Shown here one piece after another: positions 26,992-36,581 of a DNA stretch of 64,000 nt (position 1 is the first letter of the stretch; every line of letters begins with the position of its first letter). The DNA is taken from the IMG/VR virus record IMGVR_UViG_3300032265_003779, positions 23,591-87,590 of that record. The stretch is one strand, 5' to 3'. The notes below the pieces were generated by a model. The model was not told the DNA's origin. It was given only the letters and a program-made list of their open reading frames with translations, and did not search any database. Origin of the DNA: a virus. A program made the translations under genes and the position numbers.

Positions 26992-28668
26992 ATGTCAGAT
27001 GGTCCAGCAACATATTTTAAATACGATCTTTGTTTAGGATCTATTACAGGTTTAATATCTATTTCGTATGATACAAATCCAGGGAATGTTAATCCTTTGG
27101 CTGTGCCGATTAATTTTAAGATAACTTGGAATGGATTGCAGTTTGAAAGTGGGTTTAGAGGATCTTCTAGTTTTGATACAAATCTTCTTGATGCTGGCTA
27201 TACAGCCACGACAGGAGGATCTACTGGAACTTTAGAGTTTAATAAAAACTCTGAAACTCCCTCGTGTGGATTATTAGAAGTTTTCTCTCCATTAAGTAAT
27301 TCTAAAGCTGATTTTAATGTAGTTTGTGGTGTAACCCCTGTACCACCACAAACGCCTGGACCTACACCAACTCCTCCTGCTGTAACACCAACAGCAGCGT
27401 GTGTTATGGGTTGTGCGGATGCTCCGCCACCGACAATAGCTCCTGATGGTCCATTTAACATGAGTTTGTGTTGTCCTGGGGCTGGGGCAGGTGGTGACGT
27501 TCACTTTTATTGGAATGGAAACAGTGCTGTTAGTGGTGGCAGTGGTATGTGGAATAATTTTGCTGTAGCTGATGACAATCATACTTGGATCGGGGACCAT
27601 TGGGTTATAGAGTGGTGTGAAATTAAACAAAACGGAAATGTTAATGCAATATTTAGCCGTAGAACTCAGCCATGTTTGTTTCCAGGAACAACAGTATGCT
27701 CTTCTGTAAAAACTATAGGGAGTCTAAGCTCTTCTGGACTTTCTTTTAGGTGGAAGAGAAAGAAAGTTCCAGTATCAAATTGTGGTTGTACTAAAGATGA
27801 GTATTGGTATACAAGAAGCTGTTCTATAAGACCAACAAGAATTTTTGAAAATCAAAAATTTGGTGGGATACAGTGGGATTTTATGAAATGGATATCAGGA
27901 TATAAAAACTCTAATCTACAAAACGGAATAACTGGACCTTTTGGCTATTTCTCAAGCTTCTCAAGAAACGGCAAATTTAGAATTTTTAAAGATGATACTC
28001 CAACTGCTCAGGATGTAATGAACTTTTATAATCAGTTGGATGCAGACATATTTTCGGCAAACAATATTATTAATGATCTAATTGATATGGCAGCACAAAT
28101 AGATGAGTATAAACAAAATGAAACATTGGATCTAACACAAGCTGTTTCATACAGAAATTCCAACATGCCAAAACCATTAGATCTAGGGAGCTCTGATCCC
28201 TGCTGTAAAGCAGGAGACATAAATTGGCTAGATTCACCATGTGGAATAGATGAAGCAGGTTGGTGGTCAAAATCTGATTGTACTTGTGAATATTCTGAAT
28301 CTGATCCTGGCTATGGTTTGGGTGGTCCTTTTGAAACACAGGCAGAGTGTTTTAATGTTGGATCTTGTGGATCTAGTTTTGATTGTATAGATGGAACTTG
28401 TGTCGAAGTAGCATATGGAGATGGTCCGTTCTCGACATATCAAGATTGTTTAGATTATGGGTGTGAAATTCTTCCAACAGCAACAGCTCCAACACCAACG
28501 GCAACAATGCCAACACCAACAGCAACGGCTCCAACACCAACGGCAACAATGCCAACACCAACAGCAACGATGCCAACACCAACAGCAACGGCTCCAACAC
28601 CAACAGCAACGGCTCCAACACCAACAGGAACGCGTGTAACGCCTGGACCAACCGCTCCCGCTCCTTGA
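26992..28668 (+). CDS. Cys-rich multidomain protein with internal and C-terminal Pro-Thr tracts (putative virion protein)
   Basis: SD AGGAG; repeated C...GPF.T...C...C modules; PTAT(A/M)PT x7. Confidence 0.75.
   Translation: MSDGPATYFKYDLCLGSITGLISISYDTNPGNVNPLAVPINFKITWNGLQFESGFRGSSSFDTNLLDAGYTATTGGSTGTLEFNKNSETPSCGLLEVFSPLSNSKADFNVVCGVTPVPPQTPGPTPTPPAVTPTAACVMGCADAPPPTIAPDGPFNMSLCCPGAGAGGDVHFYWNGNSAVSGGSGMWNNFAVADDNHTWIGDHWVIEWCEIKQNGNVNAIFSRRTQPCLFPGTTVCSSVKTIGSLSSSGLSFRWKRKKVPVSNCGCTKDEYWYTRSCSIRPTRIFENQKFGGIQWDFMKWISGYKNSNLQNGITGPFGYFSSFSRNGKFRIFKDDTPTAQDVMNFYNQLDADIFSANNIINDLIDMAAQIDEYKQNETLDLTQAVSYRNSNMPKPLDLGSSDPCCKAGDINWLDSPCGIDEAGWWSKSDCTCEYSESDPGYGLGGPFETQAECFNVGSCGSSFDCIDGTCVEVAYGDGPFSTYQDCLDYGCEILPTATAPTPTATMPTPTATAPTPTATMPTPTATMPTPTATAPTPTATAPTPTGTRVTPGPTAPAP
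28474..28626 (+). repeat. 21-bp degenerate tandem repeat x7 (PTATAPT/PTATMPT)
   Basis: Direct reading of the sequence. Confidence 0.9.
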
Positions 28669-28674
28669 TTCTTT

Positions 28675-29436
28675 TCAGCTTTCTAAGTAGTCTATTAGGT
28701 CTTCACAATTTTCAAGAGATTTATATTTTTTCTGTTCTATGGTCATATTCTTTATTGCATTTGATAAAGCTTCTTTGTTTAAATCTTTTTCTTCTATTAA
28801 GTATTGCCTTAATATAAAGAGGCAAAAGCCATGATCAGGGAAACCGACAGTTACTTGCCTTTCTATTTTAACATTAACTTCTAGGCATTTTTTATCAAAT
28901 TTTTTATAAGGTAGTCTTGGATGAAAATTATATCTTTTTTCATGTATTACGCTCCAAACAAATCTTTCAAATATTCCTCCATAAACCATGGCTTCAACCA
29001 TCTTTTTACTATTTTTTAAATTCATAGGAACAGGCTGATGTATTTCATCAAAACTTTTACCTATTTTTTCTTCTGGGAACCAGTGACTTGAAAAGCAAAC
29101 ATGAGCACTACTTAAATAATCTTTATCTCCATCTATTCTATGGATCAAAAAGTCTTCATTTAATTCTTTTACTATATCTTTATAATTACTGGATTGGATT
29201 TTTCCGGGATAATTTTCAATTATAAAATTTTTGGAAATTTCATAAAACTCTGCTGGATTATTATATTCAAAAAAACATTTTTGATTTTCGAGGGCTTCTT
29301 TTTTTTCTTTTTGAATTAAAATACTATCATGGTTGTCTTCTTCAAAAACTTCATTTAATTGAAGTTTTCTCAGATTAGGAAGAGTGTTGTAGCCATTTCT
29401 ATAAGCGTGGTATGCCATACTTACAGTATAATTCAA
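28675..29436 (-). CDS. Heme-dependent oxidative N-demethylase alpha-like (DUF3445) protein
   Basis: EDFLI...AHVCFSSHW.PEEKIGKSF.EIH.PVP...ERFVWS...ERQV motifs. Confidence 0.7.
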   Translation of the reverse strand: MNYTVSMAYHAYRNGYNTLPNLRKLQLNEVFEEDNHDSILIQKEKKEALENQKCFFEYNNPAEFYEISKNFIIENYPGKIQSSNYKDIVKELNEDFLIHRIDGDKDYLSSAHVCFSSHWFPEEKIGKSFDEIHQPVPMNLKNSKKMVEAMVYGGIFERFVWSVIHEKRYNFHPRLPYKKFDKKCLEVNVKIERQVTVGFPDHGFCLFILRQYLIEEKDLNKEALSNAIKNMTIEQKKYKSLENCEDLIDYLES

Positions 29437-29915
29437 CTATTCTTATTTTTCAACCATTCTGAGAATTTTTTAATTTCACTATCCTTTTTCCAACTTATTC
29501 TTTTACTACTTTTTTTTCTTTTTTTGCCTTTTGGATTACAGGCAGATAAATTTGGTCTACAGGCAGGATATTTTCTTTCTGCACCTTTGCCTGTTTTTTT
29601 TCTTCCGCAAGGCACTAAATTTCCTTTTTTGCTGGCTTTGCAGTCTATCCATCCTTTTCCATGATTTCTATCAAACCAACCTTTCAAACCTCTTTCTTTT
29701 TCTAGTTTAAATATATTTTCTTGAACTTTAAACTCTCCCTCTATCTCCAATTGTTCTTTTTTTGTTTTATTTCCCCAATTTTTTGCTCCTACTTTGCGAC
29801 ACCTAACCAATGATCCTGAACCGTAGGCCGAAGGCCAAATACGATACCTCGACTTTACTTTATAATAACACGCATCTTTCTCTTCTCTTAATTCAAGCCA
29901 TTTATTAAATTTCAT
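29433..29915 (-). CDS. Basic Cys-containing protein with N-terminal tag (WPSAY motif)
   Basis: Start reassigned to MKFNKWLE; DACYYKVKSRY.IWPSAY, PCGR, YPACRP. Confidence 0.8.
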   Translation of the reverse strand: MKFNKWLELREEKDACYYKVKSRYRIWPSAYGSGSLVRCRKVGAKNWGNKTKKEQLEIEGEFKVQENIFKLEKERGLKGWFDRNHGKGWIDCKASKKGNLVPCGRKKTGKGAERKYPACRPNLSACNPKGKKRKKSSKRISWKKDSEIKKFSEWLKNKNS

Positions 29916-29939
29916 AATACTTATATATATTGTATTATG
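29913..29939. promoter_or_regulatory. Palindromic bidirectional late promoter between back-to-back start codons
   Basis: CATAATAC-ttatatatatt-GTATTATG. Confidence 0.6.
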
Positions 29940-30653
29940 AAAAATTTCATACAATTCCTGCTAGAAGAGAAAACAAAAAACACTGAATTTAAAACAATTT
30001 TTGATTCTTTAGAAAAGAAGAAACAAATATTGTTTTTAACAACAAGCAATAGGTGGAAGCCAGAAGAAAAACCAAAGACTACTCAAATAGCATACTTTAT
30101 CAAAGATAATCTTAAAAATAAAAATTTAAAAATAATAGAAACCCCATCTTTAAACATACATCCTTGCGAAGGAAATATAAGTAGTAAAAAAGGGAATGGT
30201 TGTGGCTTAAAAGAATCTTTATTGAAAGATAAAAATAAAAATCCCAGTGGACTCCATAGGTGTTGGTGCAGCTTAAACAATAAAGATGATGAGCTTTGGA
30301 AAATATCAAAAGAACTATTTACTAGTGATTGTGTAATATTTTTTGGTTCTGTTCGTTGGGGAAGCATGAATAGTTATTATCAAAAACTTATAGAGCGATT
30401 AAGTTGGATTGAAAACAGACATACAACTTTCGGTGAAAATAATGTGGTTAAAAATATTAGTGCTGGTCTTGTTATTATGGGGCACAATTGGAATGTTGAT
30501 CAAGTAATGGAAACACAAAAACAAGTTTTAAAATTTTATGGATTTAAAATTGAAGAAAACTTATGCTGGAATCGCCAGTGGACAAAAGATTCAAAAGAAG
30601 AAACGTCAAAAGGGTATAAAAAAGATAATGAGGAGTTCAAAGAGATTATTTGA
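29937..30653 (+). CDS. Flavodoxin-like NAD(P)H-dependent FMN reductase / iron-sulfur flavoprotein family protein
   Basis: LTTSNR..TT, IHPCEG..C...C..C, DDE, SDCVIFFGSVRWG, LIERL. Confidence 0.75.
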   Translation: MKNFIQFLLEEKTKNTEFKTIFDSLEKKKQILFLTTSNRWKPEEKPKTTQIAYFIKDNLKNKNLKIIETPSLNIHPCEGNISSKKGNGCGLKESLLKDKNKNPSGLHRCWCSLNNKDDELWKISKELFTSDCVIFFGSVRWGSMNSYYQKLIERLSWIENRHTTFGENNVVKNISAGLVIMGHNWNVDQVMETQKQVLKFYGFKIEENLCWNRQWTKDSKEETSKGYKKDNEEFKEII

Positions 30654-30669
30654 AAGCATATATAATATT

Positions 30670-31260
30670 ATGAGATTTAAACTTTGGCTGGAGACTGTGG
30701 CAGGGACACTAGGAACAGAATTGGTAGACGAATCACAAATAGATTCTGTCTATGATAAGGCTAAAATTTCAGTCAAACTTGTTCAACTATATGCCAGAGA
30801 AAATAGACTAAAATTATTAAATAACATATCAACTGTAGCTAATTTAAGCTCGGGAGCATATGGGCTTTATAACTCTGCTATGAATAAAAAGGTCATAAAT
30901 CAAAATGCTATTCAGAAAATAAGATTTAAGTTTGGAGATGATATTTTTAAAAATAATAAAATTAATAGCATTCCAGAAGTTGTTATTAGGAAATATATAC
31001 CAGAAATACAAGATGTAGAAGTACAGCCTAGTGATGTTATTTACGTTAATGTAAATAGAATAATTAAAGAGCTTGGAGATACACCACAAGCGATATTAGA
31101 AATTGCATCTACAATAGTGCACGAAGCAACTCATGAAAAAGAACGTGAGGAAAAAGGTTCTACAAGTGAAACATTACCTGTCATGGAGGAAAAGAAGTTT
31201 TTAAATTGGTTTAAAATAAATAAAATTAGACTTGTTCAAAAATTTCCACAATTATCATGA
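30670..31260 (+). CDS. Protein with N-terminal tag and HExxH zincin motif
   Basis: Start reassigned to MRFKLWLE; STIVHEATH...E. Confidence 0.7.
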   Translation: MRFKLWLETVAGTLGTELVDESQIDSVYDKAKISVKLVQLYARENRLKLLNNISTVANLSSGAYGLYNSAMNKKVINQNAIQKIRFKFGDDIFKNNKINSIPEVVIRKYIPEIQDVEVQPSDVIYVNVNRIIKELGDTPQAILEIASTIVHEATHEKEREEKGSTSETLPVMEEKKFLNWFKINKIRLVQKFPQLS

Positions 31261-31874
31261 ATACTACAGAAGCATTCAAACAATATCAAAAAAATAAATT
31301 TTATAACTCTATAAAGAAACAAACTACAGAGCTTGGCTTTGACCCAAAATATTTACCACAAGAAAAAGATAGAACCAACTTTGGCTATAAGTTAGACTGG
31401 GAGAATAAAACTAAAGAAGTAGAATATTTATTAAGCAAAAATGGATTAGAAGTATATTTGGTAAATTCGAAAAACGACCCAATTTTAACTCCTAATCCGC
31501 ACACACCAGAAAGACCAGTAGGCTCACAGAGTAAACCTGGAATCTCTTACGAAAAAACATATAGAACAAAAAGAATAAAAAAGTCTAGAACTGATTTTGC
31601 ATTATACAATAATATTAAAAACTATTATGAGTCTAATAATAGATTTTTTGATTTTACAAAAAAAAGAGTTGTTAAAAATTCTCCTGTTTATGATGTAATA
31701 GAATCTGTTCTTGATCTTAGGATTGATATTTTATCCTCTAAAGAGTGTATTATAAATGGAGGATCTCCATCTATAAATAATTTTTCATATATGTTATTTG
31801 GAGGAAACTCATCTTCTGATGATCCCATAACGGTAGAAGAATGGTGTGCAACAAATCAACCTAATTATTACTAA
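31257..31874 (+). CDS. Hypothetical protein
   Basis: ATGA-coupled ORF. Confidence 0.7.
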   Translation: MNTTEAFKQYQKNKFYNSIKKQTTELGFDPKYLPQEKDRTNFGYKLDWENKTKEVEYLLSKNGLEVYLVNSKNDPILTPNPHTPERPVGSQSKPGISYEKTYRTKRIKKSRTDFALYNNIKNYYESNNRFFDFTKKRVVKNSPVYDVIESVLDLRIDILSSKECIINGGSPSINNFSYMLFGGNSSSDDPITVEEWCATNQPNYY

Positions 31875-31883
31875 CTTATATTT

Positions 31884-32936
31884 ATGAGCACTATAATCCC
31901 AAATATATCGAAACCTTATTTATTAGATGAATTTTTAGCATCATTTGATTTTACTGTTTGCTTATTTACAAATAATATTGTTGGAAATGAAAACCCGATA
32001 AATTTTGATCAACCTGTTTTTCATGGATATGTTGATAAAAAGCTATCTCCAGAAAAATGGAGCGTATCAGAATTAAATGAAAATTATGCAACATGCACCT
32101 ATATTGAACCAATAATGTTTTTCAATAATGGTAATGAAAATTCAGAACAAATATATGGATATTATGTAAAAAATAATCTTGAAGATATTTTGTGGTATGA
32201 TAAATTTGAAAACTCTAAAGTTATAGACTCTAAAAAAGCAATAATAGTAAAACTTGCGGTTAATTTAAATAAACCTCTTGGAGGATTATCACTTGTTTCT
32301 TTGGTTTTGAAAAGTTCTGATAGCTCTATACCTATAACTCTTTCATCTGTATCTATAGGAACAGAAACTTGGGGTGATGTATCATCTGGGGGCTACCTAG
32401 TGGATGTTACTGGTCGGAGTTTTAATTCTGCTAACAGTATGTTTAATTTATTATTAAGATCCGATATAGTTCCCAGTTCTGATAACCCCTATAATTTTAC
32501 ATATGAAATACAAAGTTATGGGTTTAATAATTTGAGCACAAGCTCTTCGATAGTTAATTCTGGCGTTACTGTTATTGAAAAAACTTTATATCCCACCAAT
32601 CCTCCTACAACAACTCCTCCAGCAACACTTCCCCCAAATGGACAAACAATAACTTTACATGGTCCATCAGAAACAAAAGTAGGATTAACTCTCAACACAG
32701 CAATAGAAGATTCAAATTTTGTTTTTACATATTTAGAAAATTCTCTTGTTTCTTTTCCTGATGTGATGCTTATTTACATTAATAATGTTTTAGTAGCTCA
32801 AGTAGATTGTTTTACTTTATATATGGGACAAAATTTTACATTAAATTATCAAGGATATACCTTAAGTGGAGTTTTTCATTCAGACGTTCATTTTCAAGTA
32901 GCCCCGCCTGGTCCGAATTTTCCCGTGCCTGGCTGA
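31884..32936 (+). CDS. Putative virion structural protein; N-terminal domain paralogous to 45114-45521; Pro-Thr linker
   Basis: LF.N...F.GY...W...IYGYYV...LW..(K/R)F shared motif. Confidence 0.6.
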   Translation: MSTIIPNISKPYLLDEFLASFDFTVCLFTNNIVGNENPINFDQPVFHGYVDKKLSPEKWSVSELNENYATCTYIEPIMFFNNGNENSEQIYGYYVKNNLEDILWYDKFENSKVIDSKKAIIVKLAVNLNKPLGGLSLVSLVLKSSDSSIPITLSSVSIGTETWGDVSSGGYLVDVTGRSFNSANSMFNLLLRSDIVPSSDNPYNFTYEIQSYGFNNLSTSSSIVNSGVTVIEKTLYPTNPPTTTPPATLPPNGQTITLHGPSETKVGLTLNTAIEDSNFVFTYLENSLVSFPDVMLIYINNVLVAQVDCFTLYMGQNFTLNYQGYTLSGVFHSDVHFQVAPPGPNFPVPG

Positions 32937-32939
32937 GTG

Positions 32940-34166
32940 CTACTTTATATCTTTTTTATATTTTTTAAGCCAACCAGAAGACCTGCTATATGGCCATATC
33001 ACTAAGTGGTGTGGATGATGATCAGAACTAAATGAAACATGTTTTGTATTAACCTTCTTATTCATATAATCTGAACTACTTGATAAATTAAAATCATCTC
33101 TAAAAAGAAGATTGTTATTCATATCTTCGATTCCAAAAAACCAAAAATCACAATCATCTTTCGATTCTATTTCATTAATATCCCAAGATACAACTAAATT
33201 ATAATTATTATTATAATTTAATTTCCATTCATTCTCTGTCATAATTCTGGGATCTACACCAGTTTTTGCATTTATTCCTACTTTTTTGTTCTTAAAATCA
33301 ATTCCCGTATAAAGTTCATAATCATGAAAACTTCTTATTTTTCCTATATCAAAACCACTCAAATCCTCATCATTATCTTCTTGTTGCAAAAGTTTTCTTA
33401 GTCTCTTTTTTGCTCTACTATCTAACGAGCACCAAGAATTATCTTTTGTGTGGTCATCCCAATGTTTTTTATTGCCAGATCTAGTGTATTCGTGCCAAAT
33501 AATTGAAAAATGAGGATGAAACAAATCATATCCATTTGTATAAGATCTTATGCTTAAGCTGACTTCTTCTCCGTGAAAATAAAGATTTGGATCATATCGG
33601 CACTCTTCGACCCACTTGCCATCAACAAAAACAAAATGACCAGAAACAAATCTTGCTGGAATCGGACTTTCTAAAGATTTAAAATTTTCTATAAAATGAG
33701 GCTTTAGCATTAAGTTTCCATCATTTGAAAAATCTTCATATCCTACAATTTTTAAAGGATTGTTATCTAGTTTTTGATCGTTGCTAACGTCTAACACAGA
33801 GCAGTAGCCTGTTAGCATAGGTTTTTTTGAATCCAGTTCTTTTATCATCTTTGTAAGATGATCATCCCAATTTGGTAAAAATCTATGGTGAGAATCTAAT
33901 TGAAGATAATATTTTTCTCCATTATATAAATCTTGTACTTTATTTCTTGCCCAACACGCTCCTCTACTTTCAGTAAAGTTTACGTCTAGTATCTTAAATC
34001 TTTTATCGTTTTTAATTTCATCTATAGACTCTTCATCGTCATGTTGCCAGCAAATTCCAAAAACTAAATTTTTTGGAAAATGAGCTTTATTTAAACAGTC
34101 CTTAATAGTAGGAATTAATTGTTTGTCTCTATATGATGCTATACTAACGAATATTTCTTCTGACAT
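32940..34166 (-). CDS. GT60-family (Pfam GlcNAc-type) GlcNAc transferase
   Basis: IFVSIASYRD, SRGACWAR, YYLQLDSHHRF..WD, LYFHGEE.SLS.R.YT.GYD.FHP, WHEY. Confidence 0.85.
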   Translation of the reverse strand: MSEEIFVSIASYRDKQLIPTIKDCLNKAHFPKNLVFGICWQHDDEESIDEIKNDKRFKILDVNFTESRGACWARNKVQDLYNGEKYYLQLDSHHRFLPNWDDHLTKMIKELDSKKPMLTGYCSVLDVSNDQKLDNNPLKIVGYEDFSNDGNLMLKPHFIENFKSLESPIPARFVSGHFVFVDGKWVEECRYDPNLYFHGEEVSLSIRSYTNGYDLFHPHFSIIWHEYTRSGNKKHWDDHTKDNSWCSLDSRAKKRLRKLLQQEDNDEDLSGFDIGKIRSFHDYELYTGIDFKNKKVGINAKTGVDPRIMTENEWKLNYNNNYNLVVSWDINEIESKDDCDFWFFGIEDMNNNLLFRDDFNLSSSSDYMNKKVNTKHVSFSSDHHPHHLVIWPYSRSSGWLKKYKKDIK

Positions 34167-34172
34167 GTTTGA

Positions 34173-34916
34173 TTAATATATTTGTATTTGATTTTTATCT
34201 GATACGAAGGTATTTTCTGCATATGTTAATTCAAACCATATGTCATATAATCCTACATCTAGATCTGTGGTGTCCAAAAAGTAGTATCCGAATCTCTTTT
34301 CTCTCAAAGAAACGTCTTCACCATCTACAATGACGTTCAAATCACTTTCTTCTGCTAAACAATTGCTACAGTTTTTTGATAAATAAACCTTAAGACCAGA
34401 CGTTATTGCTATATTATCATAGTACCTTTGTAGTTCTTCGCTCTTAGGAACATTGGGAACAACCTCTACAATTATATATCTTTTACTTCCTTTGGTTACT
34501 TTATTTGGTTTAAAATAAAAACTAAAGTCATAAATGTTGGGAGATGTTGATGTAAACCATAAATTTGGTATAACTTCAAAATAATTTTCAACTGTTGACT
34601 CTGTGCATGGTTCAGATTCTTCAAACTTTACATACCAAGCATCTACATATTTACCTATAGTATACAGAGGGCTTTCAAGATTTACTGTTGCTAGATATTC
34701 TCCTTCTGCGTTGTTAACAACATCTTCGCCAGCTACAGTCTCTACTAATCTTTTTCCGGTAGGATTATCTTCGGTCTTTTCATAAGGATCTAAAAAATAT
34801 ATTTCAACTTTCTCAACTTTATAGAAATTAGATTTAAAATTTGAATTAAATGCAAATAATCTTAAGTTTAAATCATCTCCACAATTTGGATTTTGAAATC
34901 TTTCTTTTGTTGGCAT
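34173..34916 (-). CDS. Hypothetical two-domain beta-sandwich protein (probably structural)
   Basis: Two G.Y...W beta-rich halves; downstream of the hub gene. Confidence 0.55.
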   Translation of the reverse strand: MPTKERFQNPNCGDDLNLRLFAFNSNFKSNFYKVEKVEIYFLDPYEKTEDNPTGKRLVETVAGEDVVNNAEGEYLATVNLESPLYTIGKYVDAWYVKFEESEPCTESTVENYFEVIPNLWFTSTSPNIYDFSFYFKPNKVTKGSKRYIIVEVVPNVPKSEELQRYYDNIAITSGLKVYLSKNCSNCLAEESDLNVIVDGEDVSLREKRFGYYFLDTTDLDVGLYDIWFELTYAENTFVSDKNQIQIY

Positions 34917-34919
34917 TAA

Positions 34920-35144
34920 TTATTTCCTTTTTATTTTTCTTCTTTCTGACTCCATGTGCTGATTTTCTTTTTCTTTTTGTTCAATAAATTTATTAATTAA
35001 CCATTTTCTTAAGATTATAGGTAGTTTTAATGTCTCGGTCTGTGGCTGTCTCATGTGGTATAAAAAGAAGAATATTTCTTCTGCCAGGTTTTCCCACAAT
35101 TTTATGCTTGAGTTTTCTCCCTCCTCTGACGCGGGAAGAAAAAA
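34920..35144 (-). CDS. -1 frame extension of the gp26-like gene (gp51-like C-terminal segment)
   Basis: Open -1 frame from AAATTTTTTC: ...LWENLAEEIFFFLYHMRQ...LPIILRKWLINKFIEQKEKEN. Confidence 0.65.
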   Translation of the reverse strand, partial: FFLPASEEGENSSIKLWENLAEEIFFFLYHMRQPQTETLKLPIILRKWLINKFIEQKEKENQHMESERRKIKRK

Positions 35145-36145
35145 TTTGCTTCAAGTGGCAAATCTAGTTCGAATTCCTGTAAGCAACTTGGACAAATAGA
35201 ATCAACCTTAGTATCTACACCAAAAGGAGGATCATTAATAAGATTTCTAATATAAGAAACATCAGAGATTGGCAAATTTTTTACAAGTGTTTGTAGATCT
35301 CTTTTATCAGTAATGCCTTGAACTTCTTCTAGCAACAAAGATGTTCTGTATGTTAGGGTATCATCTGTAGCGTTGTCTCCGAAATTTTTAATTCTTTTAT
35401 CTCTGTGGTCCTGAATATCCGTTTCATCTCTTCCTTTGGAAAGCCTATATCTAAATTTATATCCAGATGTTGGCAGAACACCTTCAAGCTGAGGTCCATA
35501 ATTATCAGGGCATTTTTCAACTATCAGTGAATTTAAATCTATTTCAGTAGAAAATTTTCTTTCACATTCAGGGCACTTAATTTCAACATCGTAAGAGTTA
35601 GAATAGGATATTATTCTTAAGTAAATTAAAAGATAGGTTCTATCCACTGTTAACAGATCTTCTGGTCTGAATTTTTCTTTAATACACCTAGAGAATATCA
35701 TGTTTAAGGCTTGTCCTTTTCTGACAAACCTTGGTGTTGCTAAGATCTGTTCTTCTTCACCAGTCATTGGCTTTATATTCAATATTCCATCTGAAGGTCC
35801 ATTGTTTCCATCATAAAAAACTCCTCTTGATGGCAAGATAATCTCTTCATAAACAGATGTAGAACTCTTTAAGTCTTCAAGAAGACTTTTTAAATCTCCG
35901 CTTACAACCTCTTTTTTTTGCTCTGGGACAAAGCTAGTTTTTCCTGTTATTTGTTGCAGTATTTCAGGAGGAACATTTCCTTTTATTTGAAATGGTAAAT
36001 TTTCTGAACTGCCTGGGACCGGCTGGGCTCTATCTGGCTGTTCGTTTGATTCAGAATTAATACCTTCTGCCATTCTTCTTCTAGCCTCTAGCTGTTCGTT
36101 TTTATTTTCATCACCTCTTCTGGGGCGGAAAACTTCTTCAGACAT
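35102..36145 (-). CDS. Baseplate hub assembly protein / tail chaperone (T4 gp26/gp51-like)
   Basis: LPSRG, IKPMTGEEEQIL, DRTYLLIYLR, CPEC, CPSC, ends NFFF. Confidence 0.8.
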   Translation of the reverse strand: MSEEVFRPRRGDENKNEQLEARRRMAEGINSESNEQPDRAQPVPGSSENLPFQIKGNVPPEILQQITGKTSFVPEQKKEVVSGDLKSLLEDLKSSTSVYEEIILPSRGVFYDGNNGPSDGILNIKPMTGEEEQILATPRFVRKGQALNMIFSRCIKEKFRPEDLLTVDRTYLLIYLRIISYSNSYDVEIKCPECERKFSTEIDLNSLIVEKCPDNYGPQLEGVLPTSGYKFRYRLSKGRDETDIQDHRDKRIKNFGDNATDDTLTYRTSLLLEEVQGITDKRDLQTLVKNLPISDVSYIRNLINDPPFGVDTKVDSICPSCLQEFELDLPLEANFFFPRQRREKTQA

Positions 36146-36209
36146 ATTTACCTTTCTTTAAAGAAATCGCTAAGTTTAGTAGAGTTAAAATTTAAAAAAA
36201 TTTTCTATA

Positions 36210-36575
36210 TTGGTTTATATGGAGATAAATTTTTACAATATTAGAGAGAAGATATTTTCTAATTCTGAGGTTCAAAAAAAATTACCTTTTTTTAGAGGAG
36301 TTTTTGATCAATGGAATCTTGCAAACTCTGTCGGCGGTATGGGATCAAGATTACAATTACTTGAAATGGAATTGTTGAAAAACTTAAACTCTGAACATCT
36401 CTCTTCTCTTAGTGATTTTTTCTCAACCGAAGTTACAGTTAGAAAAATTGATAATAATTTATGTAAAAACTATAAATTAGAGCATTATGACGAGTTGCCA
36501 GAAGAAATTAAAGAGTATAGAGAATTTTGTGTTTCTGCGAATAAGGACGGCATTCACTTAACATTGTGGAGATAA
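36210..36575 (+). CDS. Hypothetical protein
   Basis: First gene of a three-gene plus-strand run. Confidence 0.7.
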   Translation: MVYMEINFYNIREKIFSNSEVQKKLPFFRGVFDQWNLANSVGGMGSRLQLLEMELLKNLNSEHLSSLSDFFSTEVTVRKIDNNLCKNYKLEHYDELPEEIKEYREFCVSANKDGIHLTLWR

Positions 36576-36581
36576 TTTTAT

